Positions 50,113-59,657 of a stretch of DNA of 64,000 nt are shown here, piece after piece. Made by a program: the position numbers and the translations under genes. The notes beneath the pieces were generated by a model. The model searched no databases. It was not told the DNA's origin and saw only the letters and a program-made list of their open reading frames with translations. Numbering within the stretch: position 1 is the stretch's first letter; each line of letters opens with the position of its first letter. The DNA is from Waddliaceae bacterium (GTDB taxonomy: Bacteria > Chlamydiota > Chlamydiia > Chlamydiales > SLFE01). The DNA is taken from the NCBI GenBank assembly GCA_963771045.1, contig CAVYRW010000004.1, positions 1,728,001 to 1,792,000 of the forward strand, given 5' to 3'.

Positions 50113-50452
50113 GGGAAGGCGGTAAGCCGGATTCTGTCGTTAAGTCATCATTTGTCTAGGGATCCCGTCGCCGGAATCCTCAAGCGGCTGTCTTCAGAGC
50201 TCTGCGGAGTACAGTGAAGCGCCCTGTATTTACCTTGCTTCGGATAGGGTTTGTCGCAGCCGGCGGGTCTCCCTGCCGGGGCCGGGTCTTAAACCCAGCG
50301 TTTCAGCCTGCCCGTCCCGAGGGGCGGCGGTATACTTTCTGTTACACTTTCCGTAGCCTTTCGGCCCCCAGCCTTTCACTGGTATCCTCTCCTGTGAAGT
50401 CCAGACTTTCCTCCGCTGCTTAGAGAATGCTGCGGCGATGACCTGCCTTCCC
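50113..50452 (-). ncRNA. rnpB: RNase P RNA
   Basis: Minus strand GAGGAAAGTCTGGAC, GGAAAGTGTAACAGAAA, GCAAG, AGACAAATGATG, ACAGAATCCGGCTTA; terminal pairing GGGAAGGC/GCCTTCCC. Confidence 0.96.
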
Positions 50453-50461
50453 GAGATATTA

Positions 50462-51235
50462 TTAAGATGTTGCCTTGGAAGAACGCCTTCTCCGTTTGGT
50501 CGGAGCGGCAGTCGTTCCTTCCAGCTTTTCGCTTTCCTGCCAATAATGGATGCGGGAACAATGCTCGCAAAAGATGATGCGCTCCCCTTTTCTCACAAGG
50601 TTTTCATCCTGTGCGGTCAATGTGATATGGCAGCCGCTGCAACAGCGATTTTCAATCGGAACAACAACGCGATTCTTCTTGTTGCGAAGCAGCCTGTCGT
50701 AGATTTTAAGAGTATCCGGATCGGCCTCTTTAGTCATCTCGTCGCGCTCCGCCTTGATCTGCAGCCCCTCTTCGTTAATCTGACGGATGCTTTCAAAGAT
50801 TTCCTCCTCAAGCTCCTTGCTATTGGTGATCGTTTGATCCAAACTTTCCTGAAGGCTCTTGAGAACGTCTTCTTCCGCAGTCAGCCTGTCGTATTGATCG
50901 CTTAGAACTTGCTCTTTAGCGTGCCGCTGCTTTTCGGCAGCAGAAATTTCATGGGTCAGAGCATTGAACTCATCGACTTTTTTGATGGCATTTTGCTGAC
51001 TTTCAAGCTTTTTGATCTTTTCATTGATCTCTTCAACTTCAAGCTCCATAATCTTGATGTCGCTTTTGATCTTCATGATTTCCTCTTCCTTGCCCTCGAC
51101 CTGGCCCCGGAGATCGTCTTTGATGCGGCTGAGCTTTTTCAGCTCCTTCTGACGCTCTTTCTTAAGGCGGATCAACCGGATCATCTTCATGTCGAGTTCT
51201 TGGATATCTAGAATTTTTTTGAGGACTTCTAACAT
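50462..51235 (-). CDS. cdsZ: Coiled-coil/C4 zinc-ribbon protein (CT398/CdsZ-like)
   Basis: ILDIQELDMKMIRL, long coiled coil, CSGCH..FCEHCSRIHYW; adjacent to rnpB. Confidence 0.88.
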   Translation of the reverse strand: MLEVLKKILDIQELDMKMIRLIRLKKERQKELKKLSRIKDDLRGQVEGKEEEIMKIKSDIKIMELEVEEINEKIKKLESQQNAIKKVDEFNALTHEISAAEKQRHAKEQVLSDQYDRLTAEEDVLKSLQESLDQTITNSKELEEEIFESIRQINEEGLQIKAERDEMTKEADPDTLKIYDRLLRNKKNRVVVPIENRCCSGCHITLTAQDENLVRKGERIIFCEHCSRIHYWQESEKLEGTTAAPTKRRRRSSKATS

Positions 51236-51437
51236 TTTGATTCCTTAGAATGGATTGCAAGTTAATAATGATATTTTAGGCATTTAAGGCTTAGTTCTCA
51301 AGAAAAAAAGCTTTCCACATAGCAATTTTACCCGAATTTATGATTTTCTTGCTAAGCCGAGCGAATATGTTGCGCCCCAACAGATCGTTGTGATAACCTT
51401 CAATAGAATTTAAATCGCAAACTTCAGGCCCTTGAAT

Positions 51438-52937
51438 ATGACTTACTTAAAAAAATATCTTGATAGCCGAAAAGACTACGATCCCGGAGCTGCCGCTTTT
51501 TTTGCCTCACTCGACCTGATTAGTCAAACAAATCCGGAAATCGCCGAAGCCATTATCCAGGAATTAAGAGACCAGCGAAACTACTTAAAGCTGATCGCCT
51601 CGGAAAATTTCTGCTCGCTCGCTGTCCAGCAGTCAATGGGCAACCTTTTGACCGACAAGTATTCAGAAGGCTACCCCCACCACCGTTTTTATGCCGGATG
51701 CGATAATGTCGATACGGTGGAAGACCGGGCGGCAACTCTCCTAAAGGAGCTATTCGATTGCGACCATGCTTATGTACAGCCCCATTCCGGCGCAGACGCC
51801 AATCTGGTGGCTTTTTGGGCTATTTTGATCCACAGAGTGCAAAACAGGGAAGTGGAAAAGCTTGGAAAAAAATCGGTCGACGAGCTCACCGGCGAGGAGT
51901 ACGAAGCTGTCAGACAAATGATAATTAATCAAAAGGTGATGGGGCTGTCGCTCGGCTCCGGCGGCCACCTGACACACGGATACCGCCACAATATTTCCTC
52001 CAAGATGATGCGCTCGGTAAGCTACGACGTCGACCCGGCCACAGGACTGCTTAACTACGACCATCTCGCCAGGCAGGCAAAAGAAGAGAAGCCCGACATC
52101 CTCCTTGCGGGATACTCGGCCTATCCTAGATTGATCAACTTCGCCAAAATGCGGGAAATCGCCGACTCGGTCGGGGCGGTTTTCATGGTCGACATGGCCC
52201 ACTTCAGCGGACTTGTCGCAGGAAAAGTGTTTCAGGGAGACTACAACCCGGTGCCGCATGCCCATATTGTGACCTCGACGACCCATAAAACATTAAGGGG
52301 GCCGAGAGGCGGACTGGTGCTGTGCAAACAAGAGTACGCCGATGTGGTGAATAAGGGGTGTCCGCTTGTTTTAGGCGGCCCGCTCCCCCATGTCATAGCG
52401 GCCAAAGCCGTCGCGTTCCAGGAAGCAAAGACCAAAGAGTTTCAAGATTATGCCCGCAAGATTGTGGAAAACGCGAAAGCTTTGGGCGAAACCCTGGTCA
52501 GAAAAGGAATACCTGTCCTCACCGGAGGAACCGACAACCATCTGCTTCTTCTTGATCTTTCGGAATTTGCTATTACCGGGCGGCAGGCCGAAAAAGCTCT
52601 TCGCGACGCGCACATCACTGTCAATCGCAATGCCATACCTTTCGATAAAAACGGCCCCTGGTACACCTCCGGCGTCCGAATCGGCACCCCGGCAATCTCG
52701 ACCCTTGGCATGGGAATAGCCGAGATGGATACGATTGGAGAGGTCATTTATGACGTACTCACAAATTCTAAACCAAAAATAGTAGAGAAAACCCAAAAGC
52801 CAAGCAAGGCGCAATACGAGATCGACGACAAGATTCTAAGCCGATCGAAAGATCGAATTCGCGAACTTCTGGACTGCTTTCCGCTTTATCCCGAAATCGA
52901 GCTGGCACTGGTAGAAGAATTAATTGTTAAACATTAG
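51438..52937 (+). CDS. glyA: Serine hydroxymethyltransferase (long chlamydial type)
   Basis: LIASENF, YSEGYP, QPHSGADAN, GGHLTHG, DMAH, TTHKTLRGPRGG, SGVRIGT. Confidence 0.97.
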   Translation: MTYLKKYLDSRKDYDPGAAAFFASLDLISQTNPEIAEAIIQELRDQRNYLKLIASENFCSLAVQQSMGNLLTDKYSEGYPHHRFYAGCDNVDTVEDRAATLLKELFDCDHAYVQPHSGADANLVAFWAILIHRVQNREVEKLGKKSVDELTGEEYEAVRQMIINQKVMGLSLGSGGHLTHGYRHNISSKMMRSVSYDVDPATGLLNYDHLARQAKEEKPDILLAGYSAYPRLINFAKMREIADSVGAVFMVDMAHFSGLVAGKVFQGDYNPVPHAHIVTSTTHKTLRGPRGGLVLCKQEYADVVNKGCPLVLGGPLPHVIAAKAVAFQEAKTKEFQDYARKIVENAKALGETLVRKGIPVLTGGTDNHLLLLDLSEFAITGRQAEKALRDAHITVNRNAIPFDKNGPWYTSGVRIGTPAISTLGMGIAEMDTIGEVIYDVLTNSKPKIVEKTQKPSKAQYEIDDKILSRSKDRIRELLDCFPLYPEIELALVEELIVKH

Positions 52938-52940
52938 GAG

Positions 52941-53541
52941 ATGGATTTCATGGCAAAAGACGAAGAGATCAATAACTTTAAGGTGCAGGACAAGATCGAC
53001 CAGTCCCTGCTGGACGCAAGGCGCGTTTTTCTCTCGGACGACATCAATACAGATTCGGCCGAAGACGTCATCCGCAAGCTCTGGTATCTTGAAATGAAAG
53101 ATCCAGGAAAACCGATACTGCTTATCATCAACAGTCCGGGAGGAGCGATCGATTCGGGATTTGCGATTTGGGACCAAATCAAAATGATCACCTCGCCTGT
53201 CATATACGCTAGTGACAGGGCTTGCCGCTTCAATGGGCTCGATTTTAAGCCTCGCTGCCGACCCCGACAAACGATTTGCGACGCCTCATTCGAGAATCAT
53301 GATCCACCAGCCAAGGCTGAGCGGCGTCATTCAAGGGCAGGCGACAGACCTTGAGATTCAGGCAAAGGAAATGATCAAAACACGCGAAATGATCATCGAG
53401 GTCTATATGGACGCCACCGGCAAAGACCACGACACCATTGATGAGTCGATTGACAGAGACACATGGTTCGGCGCCGAAGAAGCGAAAAAGTTCGGCTTGA
53501 TCAGCGGCATCGTGAATTCATATAAAGAGATTCCGATGTGA
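52941..53541 (+). CDS. clpP: ATP-dependent Clp protease proteolytic subunit ClpP1 (1-bp insertion near 53202)
   Basis: [22 protein letters not shown]; removing one A gives [15 protein letters not shown]. Confidence 0.93.
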
Positions 53542-54321
53542 CGATCAATTTTAGCAAATACAGCGGCATGGGAAATGATTTCATTTTGATAGACAATCGA
53601 AGTGGAAATGCTGTTTGCCTGCAAACAAGGAGCGATCGAAAATCTCTGTAAACGGCGTTTAGGCATCGGAGCCGACGGCATTATTTTACTTGAGTCCTCC
53701 AAAAAAGCCGATGTCGGCATGCGTATTTTCAACGCCGACGGCTCCGAGGCGGAAATGTGTGGAAACGGTATTCGCTGCCTGATGAAGTACATGCTGGAGA
53801 TCGGGATGCCCGAAAAGCCCTATAGCATTGAGGTGTACGGATCAGTGCTGAATGCGAAATATGAAAACGACCTGGTCTCGGTAGACTTGGGAGCGCCTAC
53901 TGAAATCGCCTGGGATATGATTGTAGAGGGAACCCGCCTCCACTTCTTGAATACCGGCGTTCCCCACGCAGTCGTCTTTGTCGAAAATTTGTCTGATGTG
54001 GATATTGAAGCCGAAGGGCGCTTCTTAAGAAGGCATAAAACCTTTACCCCCCGCGGGACGAATGCGACTTTTGTTCAAATCCTCTCCCCCGGCCGCCTAA
54101 TCTTCAGCACCTATGAAAGAGGCGTCGAAGCCGAAACACTGGCCTGCGGCACGGGGGCTGCGGCAGCTGCGTTTGCCTACCTCGGCCGCGAAGGAACTGC
54201 CATAGTGGAAAATAAAAATGGCGAAAATATGTCAATTAGAGTGGACGAGCAGCAGCGCATTCATATGATTGGCCCTGCCCGGCTTGCCTACAAAGGACAG
54301 TTCTTAATTGAAAACAACTAA
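53538..54321 (+). CDS. dapF: Diaminopimelate epimerase (frameshift near 53600)
   Basis: GTG start gives FSKYSGMGNDFILIDNR; then GIGADG, NADGSEAEMCGNG, TGVPH, ERGVEAETLACGTG. Confidence 0.93.
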
Positions 54322-54351
54322 ATGTTGATCTAAACTGATAGTTAAAAAGGT

Positions 54352-55350
54352 ATGGTTATGTCTGCCAAAAAGAAATTGCAAGAAGCTAAAAACCCTTTGA
54401 TTCTTCGCTCGCAGCGTTTGATGGAGGCCTTCGCCAAATCCGATGACGAAAGAGACTTTTATCTCGACCGCCAGGAAGGGTTTATTGTTTACGCCGATCT
54501 CGACGAATCCGAAGAGAATTTAAACCGCCTATTCGAGGAACTGGCGACAAGCCCCGACCGGTATTGCATGATTCCCAAACTAAGCTTCTACGAACAAAAA
54601 AAAATCATGGAAGGATTCATCCACGAGAAGGTGTACGATATCGACACCAAAGAGAAGCTCATGGACATCATTCAGTCCAAAGAAGCCCGCGAAAACTTTC
54701 TTGAGTTTCTCTATGACCACCATGGCGAGCTTGAAAAGTGGCAGCAATATTATCAGGAAAGATCCCGAGTACGGATTATCGAATGGCTGCGTAACAACAA
54801 TTTTCATTTTGTCTTTGAGGAAGACCTGGATCTGGGAATCTCGCTTATAGAAAAACTTAAAAAAAACCTCTTTGACGACAAGGTGCCAAAAGATGTGCAA
54901 AATGCCCGGAAAGTTTTGACAACAAAAGCAAAAACCTACTACTCGAATGAAGCATTGAATCCCCGTCCGAAAAGAGGACGCCCTCCAAAGCAGACGCAAA
55001 AAACCGAGCTTGAACCCCAAATCTCGGTCGATATCTACAACACCGTCCCTCAGTCAATACGCCCATTTCTCTTCACTCCCGATCTGTCGATCGTTGGCGC
55101 CGCTTCCTTTTCGTCCAAATTTGAAACCGAAGAGGAGATTCTCGCCCATCGCCGCCAGGCAGCCAGAGAGGAGTCGGAAAGCGCCCTCGAAAACCTCAAT
55201 CAGAAACTTGAAACTCTGAGAAAACTCAGCAATAAATTCCGAGGTGAAGAGCCCGGCGAGGATGAACTCGAAGTGATAGAGAGCAAAGAAGAGGAAGAGG
55301 CTCCTAATAAAAAAGCAAAAACGAAGCAGAGCCGCAAGAAAAAATCATAG
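54352..55350 (+). CDS. UPF0158 family protein (CT429-like)
   Basis: RLMEAFAKSDDERDFYLDR, YSNEALNPRPKRGRPPK; chlamydial synteny after dapF. Confidence 0.9.
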   Translation: MVMSAKKKLQEAKNPLILRSQRLMEAFAKSDDERDFYLDRQEGFIVYADLDESEENLNRLFEELATSPDRYCMIPKLSFYEQKKIMEGFIHEKVYDIDTKEKLMDIIQSKEARENFLEFLYDHHGELEKWQQYYQERSRVRIIEWLRNNNFHFVFEEDLDLGISLIEKLKKNLFDDKVPKDVQNARKVLTTKAKTYYSNEALNPRPKRGRPPKQTQKTELEPQISVDIYNTVPQSIRPFLFTPDLSIVGAASFSSKFETEEEILAHRRQAAREESESALENLNQKLETLRKLSNKFRGEEPGEDELEVIESKEEEEAPNKKAKTKQSRKKKS

Positions 55351-56319
55351 ATTTTTTTTAAGCTGTTCAACAATATTTTTTTCGACAAGCATCGCAGCTG
55401 CTGCGATGCTGTTCGCTATAGAAGCTGCTGTAGAAGAACCGTGGCATTTGACCAAAATGCCATCGACGCCGCACACAAGAGCGCCGGGATGCTGTTCATC
55501 ACAAAACTGTTTCCTGAGAGCCTCGTAAACTGCCTGGGGAAACTCATAGCCCGCCCGGCTGAGTGCCAGCCGGCAGGCTTGGAGGGCGGCCAGCGAAACG
55601 CCTTCTGCGGTCTTTAAGAATACATTTCCTGCAAAACCATTGGCGACGAGCACATCGATATCCCCCTTAAAGACTTCGCTCCCCTCAATATTGCCGAGAA
55701 ATGAAACATCCATTTCGGGAGAAATCTCTTCAAGTTTTGCGTAAGCCTCCTGAAGCTCTCTCGGCCCCTTTCCGGATTCTTGGCCAATATTGAGCAATCC
55801 GATATTCGGACAAGGATTGTCGAAAACGCATCTTTGGTACGCGGCGCCCATCAAGGCAAACTGAACCAATTTATTTGAATTGCAGAAAAGATTGCCCCCA
55901 ACATCAACGACAACAATCGGCTTTTTTTCCCTAGGAAGAACCGCTAGAAGAGCCGGACGGTCAATTGCGGGAAATTTGGGTAAATACAAAGCGGAAGAGG
56001 CTATTAGGGAACCTGTATTCCCGGTAGTGACGAGGGCGTCGGCCTGCCGGTTTTTGATCAGCTCAATCCCTCTGACCAGAGTCGATCTTTTTTTCGTTTT
56101 AGCAGATTGCAGAGGACTCTCGCTCATCGAGATATAATTATCGGCAGTATGAAACAGAAGTCGGTCGGAACATTTCCGAGGCAGCTGATCCAGAACTTCC
56201 TGAGGTGCGATTACAATAAAAGATGCGGCTTGCGGCAGATCTTCAATACTTTGTAAAACTCCCTCAAAGAGCTCTTCTGGAGGGCTGTCGCCCCCCATCA
56301 GATCCAGTGCCAAACGCAT
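55345..56319 (-). CDS. plsX: Phosphate acyltransferase PlsX
   Basis: DLMGGD..P, TGNTG, DRPAL, GLLNIG.E..KG, GFAGNVFLKTAEG, KCHG. Confidence 0.95.
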   Translation of the reverse strand: MRLALDLMGGDSPPEELFEGVLQSIEDLPQAASFIVIAPQEVLDQLPRKCSDRLLFHTADNYISMSESPLQSAKTKKRSTLVRGIELIKNRQADALVTTGNTGSLIASSALYLPKFPAIDRPALLAVLPREKKPIVVVDVGGNLFCNSNKLVQFALMGAAYQRCVFDNPCPNIGLLNIGQESGKGPRELQEAYAKLEEISPEMDVSFLGNIEGSEVFKGDIDVLVANGFAGNVFLKTAEGVSLAALQACRLALSRAGYEFPQAVYEALRKQFCDEQHPGALVCGVDGILVKCHGSSTAASIANSIAAAAMLVEKNIVEQLKKNL

Positions 56320-56324
56320 ATTTT

Positions 56325-56510
56325 TTATTCGGCTTCCTCAGGATAAAAGTTCCTTTCGGAATAAAATCCGCATTCGGGGCAAATGATATGGGACTTCTTT
56401 CTAACGCCGCAATTCTTGCATGCGATAAAATGCTTGACGGGTCGTCCCTGGTGGGCCCGTTTTTTATTCCTTCTCGAGGTAGAATGTCTGTTACGCGGGC
56501 AAATTGTCAT
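56325..56510 (-). CDS. rpmF: 50S ribosomal protein L32
   Basis: PRNRHS..RRNKKRAH, CKNC..H.ICPECGFY; lies between yceD and plsX. Confidence 0.92.
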   Translation of the reverse strand: MTICPRNRHSTSRRNKKRAHQGRPVKHFIACKNCGVRKKSHIICPECGFYSERNFYPEEAE

Positions 56511-56531
56511 GGCTGGTTAGACTCCTCTTAA

Positions 56532-56996
56532 TTATAAATCCGTAAATGGTTGATAACCCTCTTCAATATCGGAGGTTTCAGTTTTAAAATATTTCGTATA
56601 CTCATTCCGCTTTGGGCATTTTCCCCCAGAGCATTCATGGACTGTCGGCAGTTTCAGGATAATTTCCTCCCTAACGATAGGGCTAAAATCAAAAATAGCT
56701 CCTTTTATATCCTCTAAAGGGATCACCTCATAGAGATTATCCAGAACTATTTCGACCGGCGACATCTCATTGCAGATGGAACAAGGAACCAAAGCCTCCG
56801 TCTTGACAGATAAATGGAGGACAAGCTCCCCTTCTCCTTCGGCAATATAGGCCTCTCCGGCGATATCGACAGGTTTTTCAAATTTTAATTCGTTTTCATC
56901 AACTCCAATAAAATCAGGCGGATAAACATCCTTGATTTTATGAACTTTCCCTTGGGAAAGCCGGTCAATATAAATTTTAAAAGCATCAGTATACAT
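56532..56996 (-). CDS. DUF177/YceD family protein
   Basis: PCSIC, DFSPIVREEIIL..P..HEC...CP; upstream of rpmF. Confidence 0.88.
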   Translation of the reverse strand: MYTDAFKIYIDRLSQGKVHKIKDVYPPDFIGVDENELKFEKPVDIAGEAYIAEGEGELVLHLSVKTEALVPCSICNEMSPVEIVLDNLYEVIPLEDIKGAIFDFSPIVREEIILKLPTVHECSGGKCPKRNEYTKYFKTETSDIEEGYQPFTDL

Positions 56997-57132
56997 TAAC
57001 GAGGATAATTATAGCGTCTCAAACGTTTTTTTTCCAGTAGGATTTTTTTGCCGCGGCTATGATGGCAATATTGCTGGTTTTCTGGTATTATATAAGCTAT
57101 AATTTAGATTACCATAAGTTAGGACACTTTGT

Positions 57133-58668
57133 ATGAAAGAGCTGCTTTTAAATGTTGAACCCCGTGAAATCCGCCTTGCCCACCTGATCAATGGACAATT
57201 GTTCGATCTGGATGTCGAGAGAAAAAGAAAAAGGCGCCTGACAGGAAATATCTACCGGGGCAAAGTAACCAATATCCTTCACAATATCCAGTCGGCCTTC
57301 ATCGACATCGATGAAAGCGAAAACGGGTTTATCCATATTACCGACATTATCGAGAACACAAAAACGCTGAAGCAAAGGTACGATCTCGATTTTGAGCTGG
57401 ACTATGGTGTTGAGCAGGAAGGCGAGAACAAGCAGGATGTCGATATCGAAGAGGTTCTGAAAAAAGACCAAACAGTCCTTGTGCAGGTAGTCAAAGAGCC
57501 GATCGGAACAAAAGGCGCCCGCCTAACATCCAATATCTCGATCGCCGGCCGCTATCTGGTCCTCCTCCCCAACTCCAATCATCGGGGCGTTTCCCGAAAA
57601 ATCGAAGACCGTGCCGTGCGCGAGAGGTTGAAAAAGCTGATCCGCTCCTTCGAGATGCCGCAAAAAATGGGGCTGATCTGCCGCACTGCCAGCCGTGTGG
57701 CTACCGAAGACATGCTGATCGACGAGGCTCATGAGCTTCTCTCTAATTGGGAGGTCATTATAGAAAAATTTCAGAAATCCAATGAACCCTGCCTCCTTTT
57801 CGAAGAATCCGACATGATCAAAAAAGCTGTGGAAACTTCTGTCGATAAGCGTTTCGACCGCATGCTCATCGACGACTACCACACGTATCAGGTGTGCAAA
57901 ACGCTTTACAAGAAATATAGCGGAGAACATCCTCTCCGCATCGAATTCTACCGGGACAAAGTCCCTATGTTCGAGCGCTTTAATGTCGAAAAAGAAATAG
58001 AAAAATCTTTAAAAAGAAAGATTTGGCTTCCCCGTGGAGGATATATCTTTTTCGAGAGGACCGAAGCGATGTACACAGTGGATGTCAACTCCGGGCGCAG
58101 TTCTTCGGGAGAGACAGATGTGGAAGAGTCTCTTGTGAGAATCAACCTGGAAGCGGCCGAGGAGATTGCCAGGCAGCTTCGGCTGAGAAACGTCGGCGGA
58201 TTGATCGTGATCGACTTTATCGACATGCGCCTCCGCCGCAGTCAAAGACGGGTTTTGGACAAACTCAAAGAGTGCATGAAAGAAGATTCGGCCAAATGCC
58301 GCATTCTGGGAATGAGCGAATTCGGGCTGGTGGAAATGACCCGTCAAAGAAGCCGCGGCTCTCTTAGGCAGCTGCTCTATACCAGCTGCCCCTACTGCCA
58401 GGGCAACGGAGTGATCAAGTCCAACGAAAGCGTAGCTATAGAAATCGAAAGGGCTTTGAAAAAGATCATCCTCTATCATCAACAGTACGGAATCAAACTT
58501 CAGCTCCATCCTGTTCTCTATGAGTATCTTAATAACGAAGAGATGCCCCATCTTCTGAAAATTGCAGAAGAAAATAACGCCCGCCTTGAATGGGAAGTCT
58601 CCGACGACATGCATTTAAACGACTATCATTTCATATCCACAACAAGCAATGAACTGATCGATGCCTAA
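57133..58668 (+). CDS. rng: Ribonuclease E/G family (CafA/Rng)
   Basis: GNIYRGKV, AFIDI, VQVVKEPIGTKGARLT, DVNSG, LRNVGGLIVIDFIDM, CPYC.G.G. Confidence 0.95.
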   Translation: MKELLLNVEPREIRLAHLINGQLFDLDVERKRKRRLTGNIYRGKVTNILHNIQSAFIDIDESENGFIHITDIIENTKTLKQRYDLDFELDYGVEQEGENKQDVDIEEVLKKDQTVLVQVVKEPIGTKGARLTSNISIAGRYLVLLPNSNHRGVSRKIEDRAVRERLKKLIRSFEMPQKMGLICRTASRVATEDMLIDEAHELLSNWEVIIEKFQKSNEPCLLFEESDMIKKAVETSVDKRFDRMLIDDYHTYQVCKTLYKKYSGEHPLRIEFYRDKVPMFERFNVEKEIEKSLKRKIWLPRGGYIFFERTEAMYTVDVNSGRSSSGETDVEESLVRINLEAAEEIARQLRLRNVGGLIVIDFIDMRLRRSQRRVLDKLKECMKEDSAKCRILGMSEFGLVEMTRQRSRGSLRQLLYTSCPYCQGNGVIKSNESVAIEIERALKKIILYHQQYGIKLQLHPVLYEYLNNEEMPHLLKIAEENNARLEWEVSDDMHLNDYHFISTTSNELIDA

Positions 58669-59644
58669 AGAATTTTACGAAAAGCTGGAGAGTTTAAACG
58701 GGCAGATCCCCGAGAAATTACTGACCCTTATGTGCCAGTGCTATAAAAATTATCGAACAGCCGTCTACACGTCGGATGAGTCCTGGATCTCAAGGGAAAA
58801 AGTCTTTTGCACCTACCTCGATCTTGTTGAAAAGCAGGTCAATGAACCTTACGATTTCGAACCTTTTCACAAAAAAATCAGAAAACCCTACGATTACGAA
58901 GCGTTCAGCATGGATTTCATGAAGCCCTTGATTGTCCTAGAGCAGTCGACTGTCCTTGGGGAAAAGAATCTGAAAAAAATCGAAGAGCTGATTTTGTCGG
59001 GCAGCAATGCGATACTTTTTTCCAACCATCAGACCGAACCCGACCCGCAAATCATCTCAGTGCTTCTTCAGAAAAATCATCCCAAACTTGCAAAAAATAT
59101 GATTTTTATTGCGGGAGACCGCGTTGTGACCGACCCGATGGCCGTTCCTTTCAGCATGGGTTGCAACCTAATCTGCATTTATTCCAAGAAGCATATCGAA
59201 ACTCCTCCAGAGCTGAAAGAAGAGAAATTAAAGCATAATCAACGCACAATGAAGATCTTTCGCGAGCTTCTCAGCGAAGGAGGCAAGTGCGTTTGGGTCG
59301 CTCCCAGCGGAGGGAGGGACAGACCAGAAAAAAATGGCGCTCTCGAAGCAGCCCCTTTCGATCCTCAAAGCATTGAAATGCTTTATCTGATGGCGAAAAA
59401 AGCGGATAAGCCAACGCATTTTTTCCCTCTGACGCTAAGCACCTATAATATCCTCCCGCCCCCTAACAGCGTCGACCAAGAGCTCGGAGAAGAGCGAAAA
59501 ATCCAACGTTTTCCCGCTCATCTCGCCTTCGGGGAGGAAATCAACATGGATTTTTTTCCCGGAAGTGAAGAGATAGACAAAAAAATCAGGCGCCAAAAAA
59601 GAGCCGAGTTTATTTGGTCGCTGGTCAAAAACAATCAAATATAA
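58661..59644 (+). CDS. plsB: Soluble plastid-type glycerol-3-phosphate acyltransferase
   Basis: NHQTEPDP, AGDRVVTDP..PFSMG.NL.CIYSKKH, VAPSGGRDR. Confidence 0.92.
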   Translation: MPKEFYEKLESLNGQIPEKLLTLMCQCYKNYRTAVYTSDESWISREKVFCTYLDLVEKQVNEPYDFEPFHKKIRKPYDYEAFSMDFMKPLIVLEQSTVLGEKNLKKIEELILSGSNAILFSNHQTEPDPQIISVLLQKNHPKLAKNMIFIAGDRVVTDPMAVPFSMGCNLICIYSKKHIETPPELKEEKLKHNQRTMKIFRELLSEGGKCVWVAPSGGRDRPEKNGALEAAPFDPQSIEMLYLMAKKADKPTHFFPLTLSTYNILPPPNSVDQELGEERKIQRFPAHLAFGEEINMDFFPGSEEIDKKIRRQKRAEFIWSLVKNNQI

Positions 59645-59657
59645 TATATATGATTGG

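Noticed and set aside
50214..50570. Short ORFs 50214..50423 and 50376..50570
   Set aside because: Overlap the RNase P RNA gene
52941..54321. Programmed frameshifting or pseudogenisation of clpP and dapF
   Set aside because: No slippery heptamer or stimulatory structure seen; core genes with otherwise clean frames, so sequencing error is more parsimonious
58661..59644. Plant-like GPAT as a novel eukaryote-bacterium transfer
   Set aside because: Well-known feature of chlamydial genomes, here in its usual rng-plsB-ptr context
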